A DNA stretch of 64,000 nt. It comes from Dehalococcoidia bacterium (GTDB taxonomy: Bacteria > Chloroflexota > Dehalococcoidia > UBA6926). Shown here in pieces: positions 20,846 to 29,965 of the stretch. The notes beneath the pieces were generated by a model. The model was not told the DNA's origin. It ran no database searches and saw only the letters and a program-made list of their open reading frames with translations. The number at the start of each line of letters is the position of its first letter. Within the stretch, counting starts at the first letter, position 1. The stretch is taken from assembly GCA_963666115.2 (NCBI GenBank), contig CAXXET010000006.1:32001-96000 (forward strand), in the 5' to 3' direction. The translations under genes and the position numbers were made by a program.

Positions 20846-22099
20846 CTACACCACCCCCTCCGCCCGCAGGCTCGCAATCTCTGCCTCGTCACGCCCCAAC
20901 ACGTCGCGCAGAATCTCATCCGTGTGCTCGCCCAGCAGGGGGGCGGGTTGTCGGGCGGGCAGCCCGCTGCCGTCCACGAAGTGCAGCTTCACGTGGTAGC
21001 CCGGATACGCAATCGGCCCCGTCGTCGGGTGATCGATCTCCTGGAAGAACTCCCGGTGCGTGAGATGATCATCGTTATACAGGTCGTCGAATGAATTGAT
21101 CGGCCCGCCGAGCACGCCGTACTGCTGGCACAGCTCGCGGATTTCCTTCTTCGTGCGCTCCAGCATCCACGGCACGATCACCGCCAGCGACTCATCGAGC
21201 CGCTCCGGGGCCGAGCGCGCAAGGGGCGTCGACCACTCCGGCGTCTCTAGCAGGTCGCCCATGCCTACCATCTGCATCATGCGCGGGAACATGGCCGGCC
21301 CCGCCGTCGTCATGAAATACCCGTCTTGGCAGATCCACGTGCCGGAACCGACCGCCGTCGCAGGCCACGGGCGCGTTGAGTTGCCCCCGCCGTACTGGTA
21401 GCCCATCAAATAGCTTTGGCGGCGGTCGATCGCCCCCATCCACACAGGAAACGCGCCAACGTCCAGGTGGTCCCCCTCGCCGGCCGCGTCCACGCCTACC
21501 AGGTGCATCGCGGTCGCCGCCGCCGCCATCGCGCCAACCTGGTACGCCACCACGTGGCCGCCGAATTGCAGGGGTTCCCGCTCCGGGTGGCCGGTATTGA
21601 TCATCGCCCCGCCCATCGCGTACGTCGTTATATCCGTTGCTTTCCAGTCGCGGTACGGCCCCGACTGTCCGAAATTGCTGATGGAGGTCATGATAAGGCG
21701 AGGATTGACCCCGCGCAGCGTCTCGTAGTCCAGCCCCAGCGACGGCATCACGCGCGGGCTGAAGCTCTCAACCAACACGTCCGCGCCCTTCACGAGATCG
21801 AGAACGATTTGCCGCCCGCGCTCCGATTTGAGATTCAGCGTCATGGAGCGTTTGCCCAGGTTGGCGTACATGAACAGCCCGCTGCGCTCCAGGCCGGGCT
21901 CGTCCTTATAGAACGGCGGCATATCCCGCGCCGGATCCCCGACCCCGGGCCGCTCGATCTTGATGACGTCCGCGCCGTAATCCGCGAGGCGCCGCGTTCC
22001 AAACGGCCCCGCCGCGTGCCACGTCAGATCGATGACGCGAAGGCCGGTCATCGGCAAAACGGCGGCGGAGCGCCGCTCAGTGTCCTGTTGGCTTGTCAT
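20846..22099 (-). CDS. CaiB/BaiF family III CoA-transferase (catalytic Asp apparently absent)
   Basis: GLRVIDL, GADVIKIERP, GKRS, PLLGEHT; HVVAYQVG at the Asp position; start trimmed to MTSQQ. Confidence 0.92.
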   Translation of the reverse strand: MTSQQDTERRSAAVLPMTGLRVIDLTWHAAGPFGTRRLADYGADVIKIERPGVGDPARDMPPFYKDEPGLERSGLFMYANLGKRSMTLNLKSERGRQIVLDLVKGADVLVESFSPRVMPSLGLDYETLRGVNPRLIMTSISNFGQSGPYRDWKATDITTYAMGGAMINTGHPEREPLQFGGHVVAYQVGAMAAAATAMHLVGVDAAGEGDHLDVGAFPVWMGAIDRRQSYLMGYQYGGGNSTRPWPATAVGSGTWICQDGYFMTTAGPAMFPRMMQMVGMGDLLETPEWSTPLARSAPERLDESLAVIVPWMLERTKKEIRELCQQYGVLGGPINSFDDLYNDDHLTHREFFQEIDHPTTGPIAYPGYHVKLHFVDGSGLPARQPAPLLGEHTDEILRDVLGRDEAEIASLRAEGVV

Positions 22100-22187
22100 G
22101 GACTCGCCACCCATCCTCCCCCATGGATGCCGCATTATGGCATTTGCCGCCCCGCCGCGAAAGTCCGCCGCGCCGCCCTGGAACCGG

Positions 22188-22964
22188 CTACCGTTCCAAA
22201 TCCCACAGACCGCGCCCGCCCGCGTCCACGCCGCCATCCACGGAAAGAACCTGCCCCGTCACCCACGCCGACTCATCCGACGCAAAATACAGCGCCGCGT
22301 GAGCAACGTCTGACACGTGGCCACGCCGCGACAGCGCCTGTTCCGGCACGTCAATGCCGTCCGCGTCCGCTCCGAGCCGTGTTCGAATCAGTCCGGGCGC
22401 GACGACGTTCACGCGGATGTTGTCCTGCCACAACTCCCGTGCAAGGTTGCGCGCCAGCCCGATGACCCCCGCTTTCGCCGCCCCGTAGGCGACGTTGGAC
22501 CCGCGCTGCACGCTCTCGCTGGCGGTGATGAAGATGATCGACCCGCCGCCCTGCTGCTTCATGACCGGCTGGACGGCGCGGGCGAGGTTGGACGGGCCCT
22601 CCATGGTGTTGCCGATGGCCTGCCGCCAGAAGCTCGGCTCGACCTCGCTGAGCGTCACGGAGGGATCGAAGAAGCCGCCCCCGCCGCTGTAGAGCGCGTC
22701 CAGGCGCCCGCCCCCGGCGTCACGCGCCGCCAACACAATGCGTTCTGCGTCCGCCCCGTCGGCAACGTCGCCCTGGATTGCCCGCGCCGACTCGGCAGCG
22801 GTCGTGCCAAGACGTCGAATCACGCCCAGAGTCTCATCCAGGTGTTCGGTACGCCGCGCAACGATGACCACCGTCGCCCCCTCCTGCGCGCACAGCAGGG
22901 CAGTGGCCCGCCCCATCCCCGGCCCCGCCCCCGAAACCAACACCGTCTTCCCTTCAAGCCTCAT
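22188..22964 (-). CDS. Short-chain dehydrogenase/reductase (FabG-like)
   Basis: SGAGPGMG nucleotide-binding motif, YGAAK (YxxxK), IRVNVVAPG, VTGQVLSVDGG. Confidence 0.92.
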   Translation of the reverse strand: MRLEGKTVLVSGAGPGMGRATALLCAQEGATVVIVARRTEHLDETLGVIRRLGTTAAESARAIQGDVADGADAERIVLAARDAGGGRLDALYSGGGGFFDPSVTLSEVEPSFWRQAIGNTMEGPSNLARAVQPVMKQQGGGSIIFITASESVQRGSNVAYGAAKAGVIGLARNLARELWQDNIRVNVVAPGLIRTRLGADADGIDVPEQALSRRGHVSDVAHAALYFASDESAWVTGQVLSVDGGVDAGGRGLWDLER

Positions 22965-23059
22965 CCGAGTGTTCCCCCTTGTCCCCAGTACGTGCCGCGT
23001 AAACTCCACGCTATGGGTGGATTGTGTGGGAATGTGGTATGGGGCGGCAAGAGGCATAC

Positions 23060-24082
23060 CTACACGTGGTCGCGCACGAATCGCAGTATTCGTTCAATCC
23101 TGTCCACTTGATCCGGATCAAGGCCATCTGGATGGAAGTGCATAATTTCGTTGCGTCTCTCCCGGAGCCAGCCAAGCTGGCCGACAAACTCCTTGCGGTC
23201 GACAGATGGGAGTTCGAGCCTTTCCCAGTTCTTCGGATTTTCCAAAAGGCGCACATGCTCGCCAAACGTTAGGTCGGCTGGGCCGATGTGGTCTGCATCC
23301 TCCATGTCAGGCCGCATCGCATTGAGTTCGGATGGACTGAATTTGCCGTGTATGAGAGTGCGCAAACTGCGCTCTATCTCACCAACCATCATGTATGGCC
23401 GGGCAAGGCGGGAGTACTGTTGGGCAAAATCACCCGCCGTAACGATTCCTGTAATGGAGTGGTCGTCGCCCCCTCTGACGAGTACAAAACCATGTTCCTC
23501 TATCGGAGCCATGGCTGAAAACAGTGGAGCATTGATGAGCACCTCCGGCACTGCGCGAATTGTCGAATCCATCATCTGACTGGCCGGGGGGTTCTCGAGC
23601 CTCCGGGACAGGTTCTTTGCGATCGAACGCCACGTGATGACACCGTCTACGTTCCATTCATTTGGCATGACGGGCAGGTAATCAACCTTGGACATGCCAA
23701 TTTTGGTCATCACTTCCTCAAAGCTGGCTTCCGGTTTGACCGACTGAGGCTTCTGGTGCGCCGGCTCTATGACTGTGATTCGGATTGTCGGATCAAGCTG
23801 TGACGAGTTGTCGCCCACAACGCTCTCATCATCTTGGAAGAGAATGGTTATTTTGCCCCCGTACCATCCGACCTCATAGTCACCATCAATCCGAAGGCCA
23901 TTCTCGTCCAGGCATCGCCGAATCTGGGACAGTATGTATTCGCCCCTTCTCATGTAACCGAACCAACCCAGCAACTCCCCAACCGTGAGGGTCACTCTGC
24001 GGGGCAAAGCGCCCTTTTCGATGTCCGTGCGCATTTCCTCGCCTAACGTCTTGAGGCGGGCTGCGCCGTCAGAAATGTCCAT
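23060..24082 (-). CDS. CBS-pair protein with C-terminal HEPN-like domain
   Basis: Two CBS-like repeats (YLPVM....GVITW; VLV....ITGIVTAGD), then GEIERSLR and RNEIMH (RX4H); lower GC. Confidence 0.7.
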   Translation of the reverse strand: MDISDGAARLKTLGEEMRTDIEKGALPRRVTLTVGELLGWFGYMRRGEYILSQIRRCLDENGLRIDGDYEVGWYGGKITILFQDDESVVGDNSSQLDPTIRITVIEPAHQKPQSVKPEASFEEVMTKIGMSKVDYLPVMPNEWNVDGVITWRSIAKNLSRRLENPPASQMMDSTIRAVPEVLINAPLFSAMAPIEEHGFVLVRGGDDHSITGIVTAGDFAQQYSRLARPYMMVGEIERSLRTLIHGKFSPSELNAMRPDMEDADHIGPADLTFGEHVRLLENPKNWERLELPSVDRKEFVGQLGWLRERRNEIMHFHPDGLDPDQVDRIERILRFVRDHV

Positions 24083-24211
24083 ACCCCATCCTCCAGCAAA
24101 ATAGGATCCATATCCAGACTAACGACATTAAAGAGTACTCCATGTGCCGCGCCATGTCGCAAGGGTGGGGTACGCTCACGCCCCCGCCCCCATCCGTGCC
24201 ATAGTTAAACC

Positions 24212-25012
24212 ATGGACGAACTCCTCCTCGCCCTCATGCCCGTGCTCGGCTTTCTCGCCGGAACCGTCGGCGCGCTTATCGGCGCCGGCGGCGGATTCAT
24301 TGCCGTCCCCATCCTCCTCATCGTCCTGCCCGACGAGACCCCCGGCATCATCACCGGCATGTCCCAATCGATGGTGCTGATGACATCCCTCTCCTCCACC
24401 GTCGCCTATGTCCGCCAAAAGCGCATCGAGTACAGGTGGGCCGCCGTCATGGCCGTCACCGGCCTGTTCGGCATGGCCATCGGCGCATACATCGTGGAGC
24501 AGCTTGAGCGCGGCGCGTTCCAGACCGTGTTCGGCGTCGCCGCGCTCATCCTCATGACCTATCTGCTGATCAGGCCCATACGAGGCCGCGGCGCGGCGCG
24601 CACTCTTGAAGAGGCAGGGGAGGCTCGTGTCCCGCTAACCCGAAAACGAGCCGTCATGCTCGGCATCGTCGGCCTCGCGACGGGCACCATGGGCGGCCTG
24701 CTCGGCGTCGGCGGCGGCATCGCGATGGTGCCGATCGTCGTGCAGGCATTCGTCTTCCCCGCCCACCTGGCCACGGCAACCTCCCAGCTTGTCATCCTGA
24801 TCACCAGCCCCGCCGCCATCGCCGTCCACATTGCCGAGTCCCCGCTGCTGGACAAAATCCTGCCCATTGTCCTGCTCGGAATCGGCGCCATCATCGGCGC
24901 GCAAGTGGGCGCGCGCGTCTCCCGACGCATCTCCGCCCCATGGATCGTCCGCATCCTGGCAATCGGCCTTGGCATCGTCGGCATCCGCCTCATCCTCACC
25001 GGCCTCTCGTAG
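24212..25012 (+). CDS. TauE/SafE family (sulfite exporter-like) membrane protein
   Basis: Duplicated GxGGG...VP motifs, about 8 transmembrane segments. Confidence 0.9.
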   Translation: MDELLLALMPVLGFLAGTVGALIGAGGGFIAVPILLIVLPDETPGIITGMSQSMVLMTSLSSTVAYVRQKRIEYRWAAVMAVTGLFGMAIGAYIVEQLERGAFQTVFGVAALILMTYLLIRPIRGRGAARTLEEAGEARVPLTRKRAVMLGIVGLATGTMGGLLGVGGGIAMVPIVVQAFVFPAHLATATSQLVILITSPAAIAVHIAESPLLDKILPIVLLGIGAIIGAQVGARVSRRISAPWIVRILAIGLGIVGIRLILTGLS

Positions 25013-25070
25013 CCGCCCCACAAGGCGTACAATCAACCAAGACACGAACCAAATCCTGGGGGGTACACCA

Positions 25071-25934
25071 GTGGAACACCAATACATCACCGTCGAGCGC
25101 GACGATCTCGGCGTCGTCACAATCACCTTCAACGTGCCGGAGGCGCTGAATCCCTGGCTGATTCCGCTCATGGAGGAGATGACCGTCGAACTGGACTACA
25201 TCGCGGCCAATCCTGACGACCGCGTGGTCATCTTCACCGGCGCGGGGCGGTCATTCTCCGCCGGCGGCGACGTCGGCCCCATGGCGGGCGCGGGCGGCGA
25301 CCGCCCCATGCCGCACTTCATGAAGGAGAAGGGCGACCGGCAGCGCGGCGGCTGGAACGTGCCCACCATGTCCGCCGAGGAGCGCCTAAAGAACGAAACG
25401 CTCAACGGTCGCCGCATCCACATGCAGGTCTGGGAACTCGACAAGCCGACCATCGCCGCCGTCAACGGCGTCGCCGCGGGCGCGGGCTGCGATCTTGCCC
25501 TTGCCTGTGACATCCGACTCGCCAGCACGAACGCCCGCTTTATCGAGGTCTACGTCCGGCGAAGCCTTGTTCCCCTTGACGGCGGCGCATACTGGGCGCC
25601 CTATCTGCTGCCGCACGGCATCGCGATGGAGATGCTGCTCGCCGGTGAGGCGCTCAGCGCCGAGGACGCGCACCGGTTCGGCCTCGTCAACCGTGTCTAT
25701 GAGCCGGACGAGTTGATGCCCGCCGCGCAGGAGCTAGGCCGCAAGATGGCGCAGGGCCCCGCCGTCACGCAGCAGCTGGTCAAGCACATGGTGCGTGAAA
25801 TCCACACGAAGGGCTACGAGCAGCACTGGAAGTACATCGACGCCGCCCACCAGCACACCCGCGAAACCCACGACTACGACGAAGGCGTCCGCTCCTTCAT
25901 AGAAAAGCGCCCCTCAGAATTCAAGGGCTACTAA
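25071..25934 (+). CDS. Enoyl-CoA hydratase/isomerase family protein
   Basis: TGAGRSFSAGGD, KPTIAAVNG.AAGAG, EGVRSFIEKR; GTG start inferred. Confidence 0.92.
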   Translation: MEHQYITVERDDLGVVTITFNVPEALNPWLIPLMEEMTVELDYIAANPDDRVVIFTGAGRSFSAGGDVGPMAGAGGDRPMPHFMKEKGDRQRGGWNVPTMSAEERLKNETLNGRRIHMQVWELDKPTIAAVNGVAAGAGCDLALACDIRLASTNARFIEVYVRRSLVPLDGGAYWAPYLLPHGIAMEMLLAGEALSAEDAHRFGLVNRVYEPDELMPAAQELGRKMAQGPAVTQQLVKHMVREIHTKGYEQHWKYIDAAHQHTRETHDYDEGVRSFIEKRPSEFKGY

Positions 25935-26066
25935 AATCCCCTCTCCCTCAGGGAGAGGGCTAGGGTGAGGGGGTCACCTGCTCACCCTGAGCGCATACCC
26001 CCGCTCACCCTGAGCCCGTCGAAGGGTGAGCCCCCCCTCCGTCATTCCCGTGCACGCGGGAATCCA
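25935..26066 (+). repeat. Cluster of REP-like elements: family C (CCCTCTCCC..GGGAGAGGG), family B twice (CCGCTCACCCTGAGC..GTCGAAGGG), family A (CGTC-ATTCCC-N8-GGGAAT)
   Basis: Each unit recurs elsewhere in the window. Confidence 0.85.
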
Positions 26067-26118
26067 TGACGCAATGCGCCAACCAGACGCCGTGACGCCG
26101 CGCAAGTCGCGGGCATAG

Positions 26119-27666
26119 TCATTCAATCGCCTCTTTCCCGTCTGCGCCAATCAATTTATAGTCGCGCATGCCGCATGTGGTTCCGTTTTCACGGCTAGTG
26201 ACCAAAACGCGCTTGTTCTCCAGGTTGGAGTCCGTGATCCATAGAACATCGCCCTCGTAGCCAAAAGTCAGACCAAAAGCCAGACCGGGGTTTGAATTCG
26301 GAGTAAACGCGATCAAGGAACCGCCCGGCGACCATGACCTTCGCCGAGGCCACTCATACAGGACCTCGACCTCTGTCATCTCCACCATCAGGCGGGGCTC
26401 TCTGCCGTCATTGTAGATGGCAAATAGTCCGTGTGTGATGATTTCCTGGTCGAATTCGGTCAAACCGTCATGGCGACTACCAAACACGCGAATCTCGTCG
26501 CCTCCGGGAGCCCACCACATGGATAACACGCGTGTGAATTGTACAGGTCGAGGGCCATCGAACACCTGCTGGTCGGAGCCGTCGGGACGCCAGGTATAAA
26601 TTGGGCTGACCCAACGCTCATGTGTTCCATGCTCTTGCGTTGCATACTCTTGCAGCTCCGCTTCGAACCCGGCAATCCGGTTTTCTACCGGTGACCACGC
26701 GAATGCACGGAGGGCGTAGTAGTAATAGTCGTAGGTTTCGGCACTGATGTAGCTGACCTTTCCGGAGGAGACATCCACAGTGAGCAGACTATCGGGGACA
26801 TCTCGGTCTTGTTTCAGGTTGTCACTGTAGAAATCATTCAGGTCGTTCCCCCAAACCTCTCCTATGAAGGCAATTGTCTTGCTGTCGAAAGACCACTGCA
26901 ATTCTTGTTCACTAGGCACAAAAATGTGGAGAGGGACAATCCTGCGTGGTTGCTCGGGTGTTTCTACACTGACGACGTAAATGCCAGGGCTAGTACTAAG
27001 GGGAGTGCCGGACGGTGCCTCAAAATCCCGCCCGGAAATAAACGCGACCGTTGAGCCGTCTGGGGACAGTGCAGGGTTGTACTCGTCCCAAGTATCGTGG
27101 GTAAGCCGTCTGTACGTTGATCCGTCTATAGTCGCCAGGATAATTTCCGACTGCCGTTCAGGATCATAATGATGGCGGGGAAACACATGTCCCGGCTGAG
27201 GGGTCGGCCATGTTCCCGTGTCAGGATCGTAGATATGGGGCTCGCCGATTTGCCGATTATGCCGCAGAGTCACAAAAGCTAGTTCATCGCCTGTCGCCTG
27301 GGCGCTTGGCGAATTATCAAAGTTCCACCAATCGCTGCCCCGGGCCTCGGTCTGTATGTCAACAAACAGTTTGCGCAGTCCCGTTCCGTCAACCTTCACG
27401 GAATAGAGGCCATTGTTGAATCCAAAGACAAGTGTTTCGCCGCTCCGCGCCCAAACCGGCCGGCGATGGGGCTCCATGTTGGACTCAGCTTCCTGCTTCG
27501 GGCTGTCGAGAGGTGAATAGGCAAGAACACTAGCGACACTGGCGAAAGAAGGACTGCAACCAGTCAAAAGCGCTGGCAAACAGCTGGAGGCGATAGAGGC
27601 CAGTGCTGTCATGGCTAGCACGACAGCCGTTATGCCCACATGACGAAGTGTTCTCATCGGAATCAC
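26119..27666 (-). CDS. Exported TolB-like beta-propeller (WD40-like repeat) protein, possibly a lipoprotein
   Basis: Hydrophobic N-terminus with Cys; repeats PALSPDGSTVAF, WSFDSKTIAF, WSPVENRIA, WSPGGSLIAF. Confidence 0.78.
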   Translation of the reverse strand: MIPMRTLRHVGITAVVLAMTALASIASSCLPALLTGCSPSFASVASVLAYSPLDSPKQEAESNMEPHRRPVWARSGETLVFGFNNGLYSVKVDGTGLRKLFVDIQTEARGSDWWNFDNSPSAQATGDELAFVTLRHNRQIGEPHIYDPDTGTWPTPQPGHVFPRHHYDPERQSEIILATIDGSTYRRLTHDTWDEYNPALSPDGSTVAFISGRDFEAPSGTPLSTSPGIYVVSVETPEQPRRIVPLHIFVPSEQELQWSFDSKTIAFIGEVWGNDLNDFYSDNLKQDRDVPDSLLTVDVSSGKVSYISAETYDYYYYALRAFAWSPVENRIAGFEAELQEYATQEHGTHERWVSPIYTWRPDGSDQQVFDGPRPVQFTRVLSMWWAPGGDEIRVFGSRHDGLTEFDQEIITHGLFAIYNDGREPRLMVEMTEVEVLYEWPRRRSWSPGGSLIAFTPNSNPGLAFGLTFGYEGDVLWITDSNLENKRVLVTSRENGTTCGMRDYKLIGADGKEAIE

Positions 27667-27743
27667 TCGTCGTCCGACACGTTCTGATACAGGGCGTACA
27701 TGGCCATCACGTCCAACCGGCGCATGGTCGTGCTTCCTCGCAT
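27663..27743 (-). other. 26-codon ORF coupled (GTGA overlap) to the propeller gene; leader peptide or gene remnant
   Basis: MRGSTTMRRLDVMAMYALYQNVSDDE*, preceded by GGAGGAGAG and by TATACT at 27791-27796. Confidence 0.4.
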
Positions 27744-27876
27744 GCCATCATCTCTCCTCCCCCCCTCCAACGTGGCGCGCCACCGATGCCAGTATACGCG
27801 CCGCCCCGCCAGCCTCTCGTGTTCGCGCGAAAGGCGCGTCCATTGGCGAGATGATGTTGGTGGGCGCCGAAACCGC

Positions 27877-28215
27877 TTAGCCTGCGGACTCCTCCACCTC
27901 TCTGTCCTCAGAGAAGTTGGTGATCGCAATCTCGCCCTCGGGGAACTCGGCGACGATCTTCAGCTTTCCGCCAGCGGCCTCAATGTAGGAGCGCAAACTC
28001 GAGATGTACACGTCGGCTCGCTGCTCCAGCTTGGAGATGGCGGGTTGATTCACCTTGAGCATCTTCGCCATGTCACGCTGCGTGAGGGCGCGTGCCCGCC
28101 GTAGCTCGTGTAACGGCATCTCGGTGTCTAGCTCGTGCTTGATGCCGTCGATACGATGGCGACGCTCAGGCGTAAAGTCCTTTGTCAGTTCACTGAACGG
28201 ATGCCGTCCACTCAT
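27877..28215 (-). CDS. XRE-family HTH antitoxin (HigA-like)
   Basis: LHELRR...LTQ..MA..L.VNQPAISKLE; coupled to the upstream toxin. Confidence 0.9.
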   Translation of the reverse strand: MSGRHPFSELTKDFTPERRHRIDGIKHELDTEMPLHELRRARALTQRDMAKMLKVNQPAISKLEQRADVYISSLRSYIEAAGGKLKIVAEFPEGEIAITNFSEDREVEESAG

Positions 28216-28574
28216 TCGATCAAACCCTCCCTTCTCAGTTCGTTCAGATGCTCATCATAGAGAGCATCAGCCACCGGTACGAACTCCTCGTAGAATCGGT
28301 CATTCCCTGTCTTGTCTCCCCCGATCAGCAGTATCGACGTTCTCCTGGGGTCGAATGCGTAGAAGACCCGGATGGGCCTCCCTCCGCTCTGCATCCGAAG
28401 CTCTCGCATGACTCCATGGCGTGACCCCCTAATGTCCGAGGAGTAGGGGTATGGAAGGCTGGGGCCATGCTGCATAAGCAACTCGACTCTGGCAGTCACG
28501 GCGTCTTGCTGACCCTCCGTCAACTCCTGCCACCACTGCCCAAACTCGTCTGTATACTCGACCTCCCACGTCAT
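28212..28574 (-). CDS. RelE/ParE-family (Gp49/HigB-like) toxin
   Basis: WEVEYTDEF, GSRHG.MRELR, RVFYAFDPRR..ILLIGGDK; toxin-first order; TATACT 6 nt upstream of the ATG. Confidence 0.92.
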   Translation of the reverse strand: MTWEVEYTDEFGQWWQELTEGQQDAVTARVELLMQHGPSLPYPYSSDIRGSRHGVMRELRMQSGGRPIRVFYAFDPRRTSILLIGGDKTGNDRFYEEFVPVADALYDEHLNELRREGLIE

Positions 28575-28640
28575 GGGCACAGTATATTCCCCCTGAGGAA
28601 TCTAGCGCAACGTCGTGGACTTGCTCGGCGAAATGCGTGC

Positions 28641-28667
28641 CAGATTCCTGCTGTCGCAGGAATGACG
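28641..28667 (-). repeat. REP-like family A copy in inverted orientation
   Basis: Reverse complement is CGTCATTCCTGCGACAGCAGGAATCTG. Confidence 0.75.
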
Positions 28668-28695
28668 TCCCCGCAAGGCGTACAATAGCCATGCT

Positions 28696-29766
28696 ATGAA
28701 TACTCCTGACCCTCCCATCGTCGCCATCACTCTTGGCGATCCCGCCGGTATCGGCCCGGAGGTCGTCGTCAAGGCGCTTGCCGCCGCCGATGACCTCCGC
28801 CTCGGCCTTTGCAGGCCCCTGATCGTCGGCAGCTACGACGTGGCGGAGATGTCCGCCGAGCGGTTCGCCGGCGGCCTCCCTCTTGCCCGTATCGATTCCC
28901 GCGAGCAGCTTGCCGACCACAAATGGGACGGCGAAACCGTGCCCGTCTGGGACATCGACACCCCCGGCGCAGGCGAAATCCCCTACGGCGAGCCGACCGT
29001 TGCGGGTGGCGTCGTGTCCATCACGTCCATCGAACTCGCCGCCACGCTCGCCCTCGAAAACCGCATCCAGGCTATATCCACCGCCCCCATCAACAAGGAG
29101 GCCGTGCACATGGCGGGCTACACGGACATCGGCCACCAGGAGGTGCTGGCGCGCATGACGGGCGTCACGGAAATCGCCACCATGCTCATCGCCCAGAAAC
29201 TCCGCGCCGTCCACCTCACCACCCACGTCCCCTTCCACGACGCCCATAAGCACGTCACGAAGGAGCGCGTCCTCGCCCGCCTCCGACTGACGAACCGCGA
29301 CTTTCGCGCGTGGGGCGTCGCCGAGCCGCGCATCGCCGTCTCAGCCCTGAATCCCCACGGCGGCGATAACGGCCTGCTCGGGCGCGAGGAGATCGACGAA
29401 ATCGAGCCGGCCGTCAGGCAGGCGCGCGAGGAGGGCATTCTGGCCGAAGGCCCGTTGCCCGCCGACTCCGTATTCCTTTCCGCCGCTGCCGGGCGCTACG
29501 ACGCCGTCATCGCCCTCTACCACGACCAGGGGCACATCGCCGTCAAGATGCACGATTTCCACGGCAGCGTCAGCGTCAACCTCGGCCTGCCGTTCGTGCG
29601 CACGTCCGTCGATCACGGCACGGCGTATGATATAGCAGGTACCGGCGCGGCGGAGGCCGTCAGCATGACCGCCGCAATCCGCACGGCGGCCCTGCTCGCC
29701 ACGGGCCGCGGCCTGGATACTGCTAACATCGAGCAGGAGGCGGCGAAGGCGCCCGCGCGCGTCTAG
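28696..29766 (+). CDS. pdxA: 4-hydroxythreonine-4-phosphate dehydrogenase family (PdxA/PdxA2)
   Basis: TLGDPAGIGPE, TAPINKE, TTHVP, LNPH, YHDQGH, RTSVDHGTAYDIAG. Confidence 0.93.
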   Translation: MNTPDPPIVAITLGDPAGIGPEVVVKALAAADDLRLGLCRPLIVGSYDVAEMSAERFAGGLPLARIDSREQLADHKWDGETVPVWDIDTPGAGEIPYGEPTVAGGVVSITSIELAATLALENRIQAISTAPINKEAVHMAGYTDIGHQEVLARMTGVTEIATMLIAQKLRAVHLTTHVPFHDAHKHVTKERVLARLRLTNRDFRAWGVAEPRIAVSALNPHGGDNGLLGREEIDEIEPAVRQAREEGILAEGPLPADSVFLSAAAGRYDAVIALYHDQGHIAVKMHDFHGSVSVNLGLPFVRTSVDHGTAYDIAGTGAAEAVSMTAAIRTAALLATGRGLDTANIEQEAAKAPARV

Positions 29767-29785
29767 TAGAGAGGAGGACAAGACT

Positions 29786-29953
29786 ATGTGGGCCATTCCG
29801 ACGGTGGCAGCCCTGCTGATCCTGGGGCCGATGGTTCTGCTGGGATTCGTCGTGGTTCTCGTCGTGCCGACGCTCTACATCGCCATGCACAGCAAGATTC
29901 GCGAACCGGAAGGGATGCCCGGCTCCGAATCCGCTGACAACGGTCAGGCATAG
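29786..29953 (+). CDS. Small 55-aa membrane protein (below the ORF-track cutoff)
   Basis: GAGGAGG ribosome-binding site; MWAIPTVAALLILGPMVLLGFVVVLVVPTLYIAMHSKIREPEG...; fills the pdxA-ADH gap. Confidence 0.7.
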   Translation: MWAIPTVAALLILGPMVLLGFVVVLVVPTLYIAMHSKIREPEGMPGSESADNGQA

Positions 29954-29965
29954 GGCAGTGCGGCG

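Noticed and set aside
25935-26066. Repeat clusters as a possible CRISPR array
   Set aside because: Units are heterogeneous, not regularly spaced by unique spacers, and no cas genes are present
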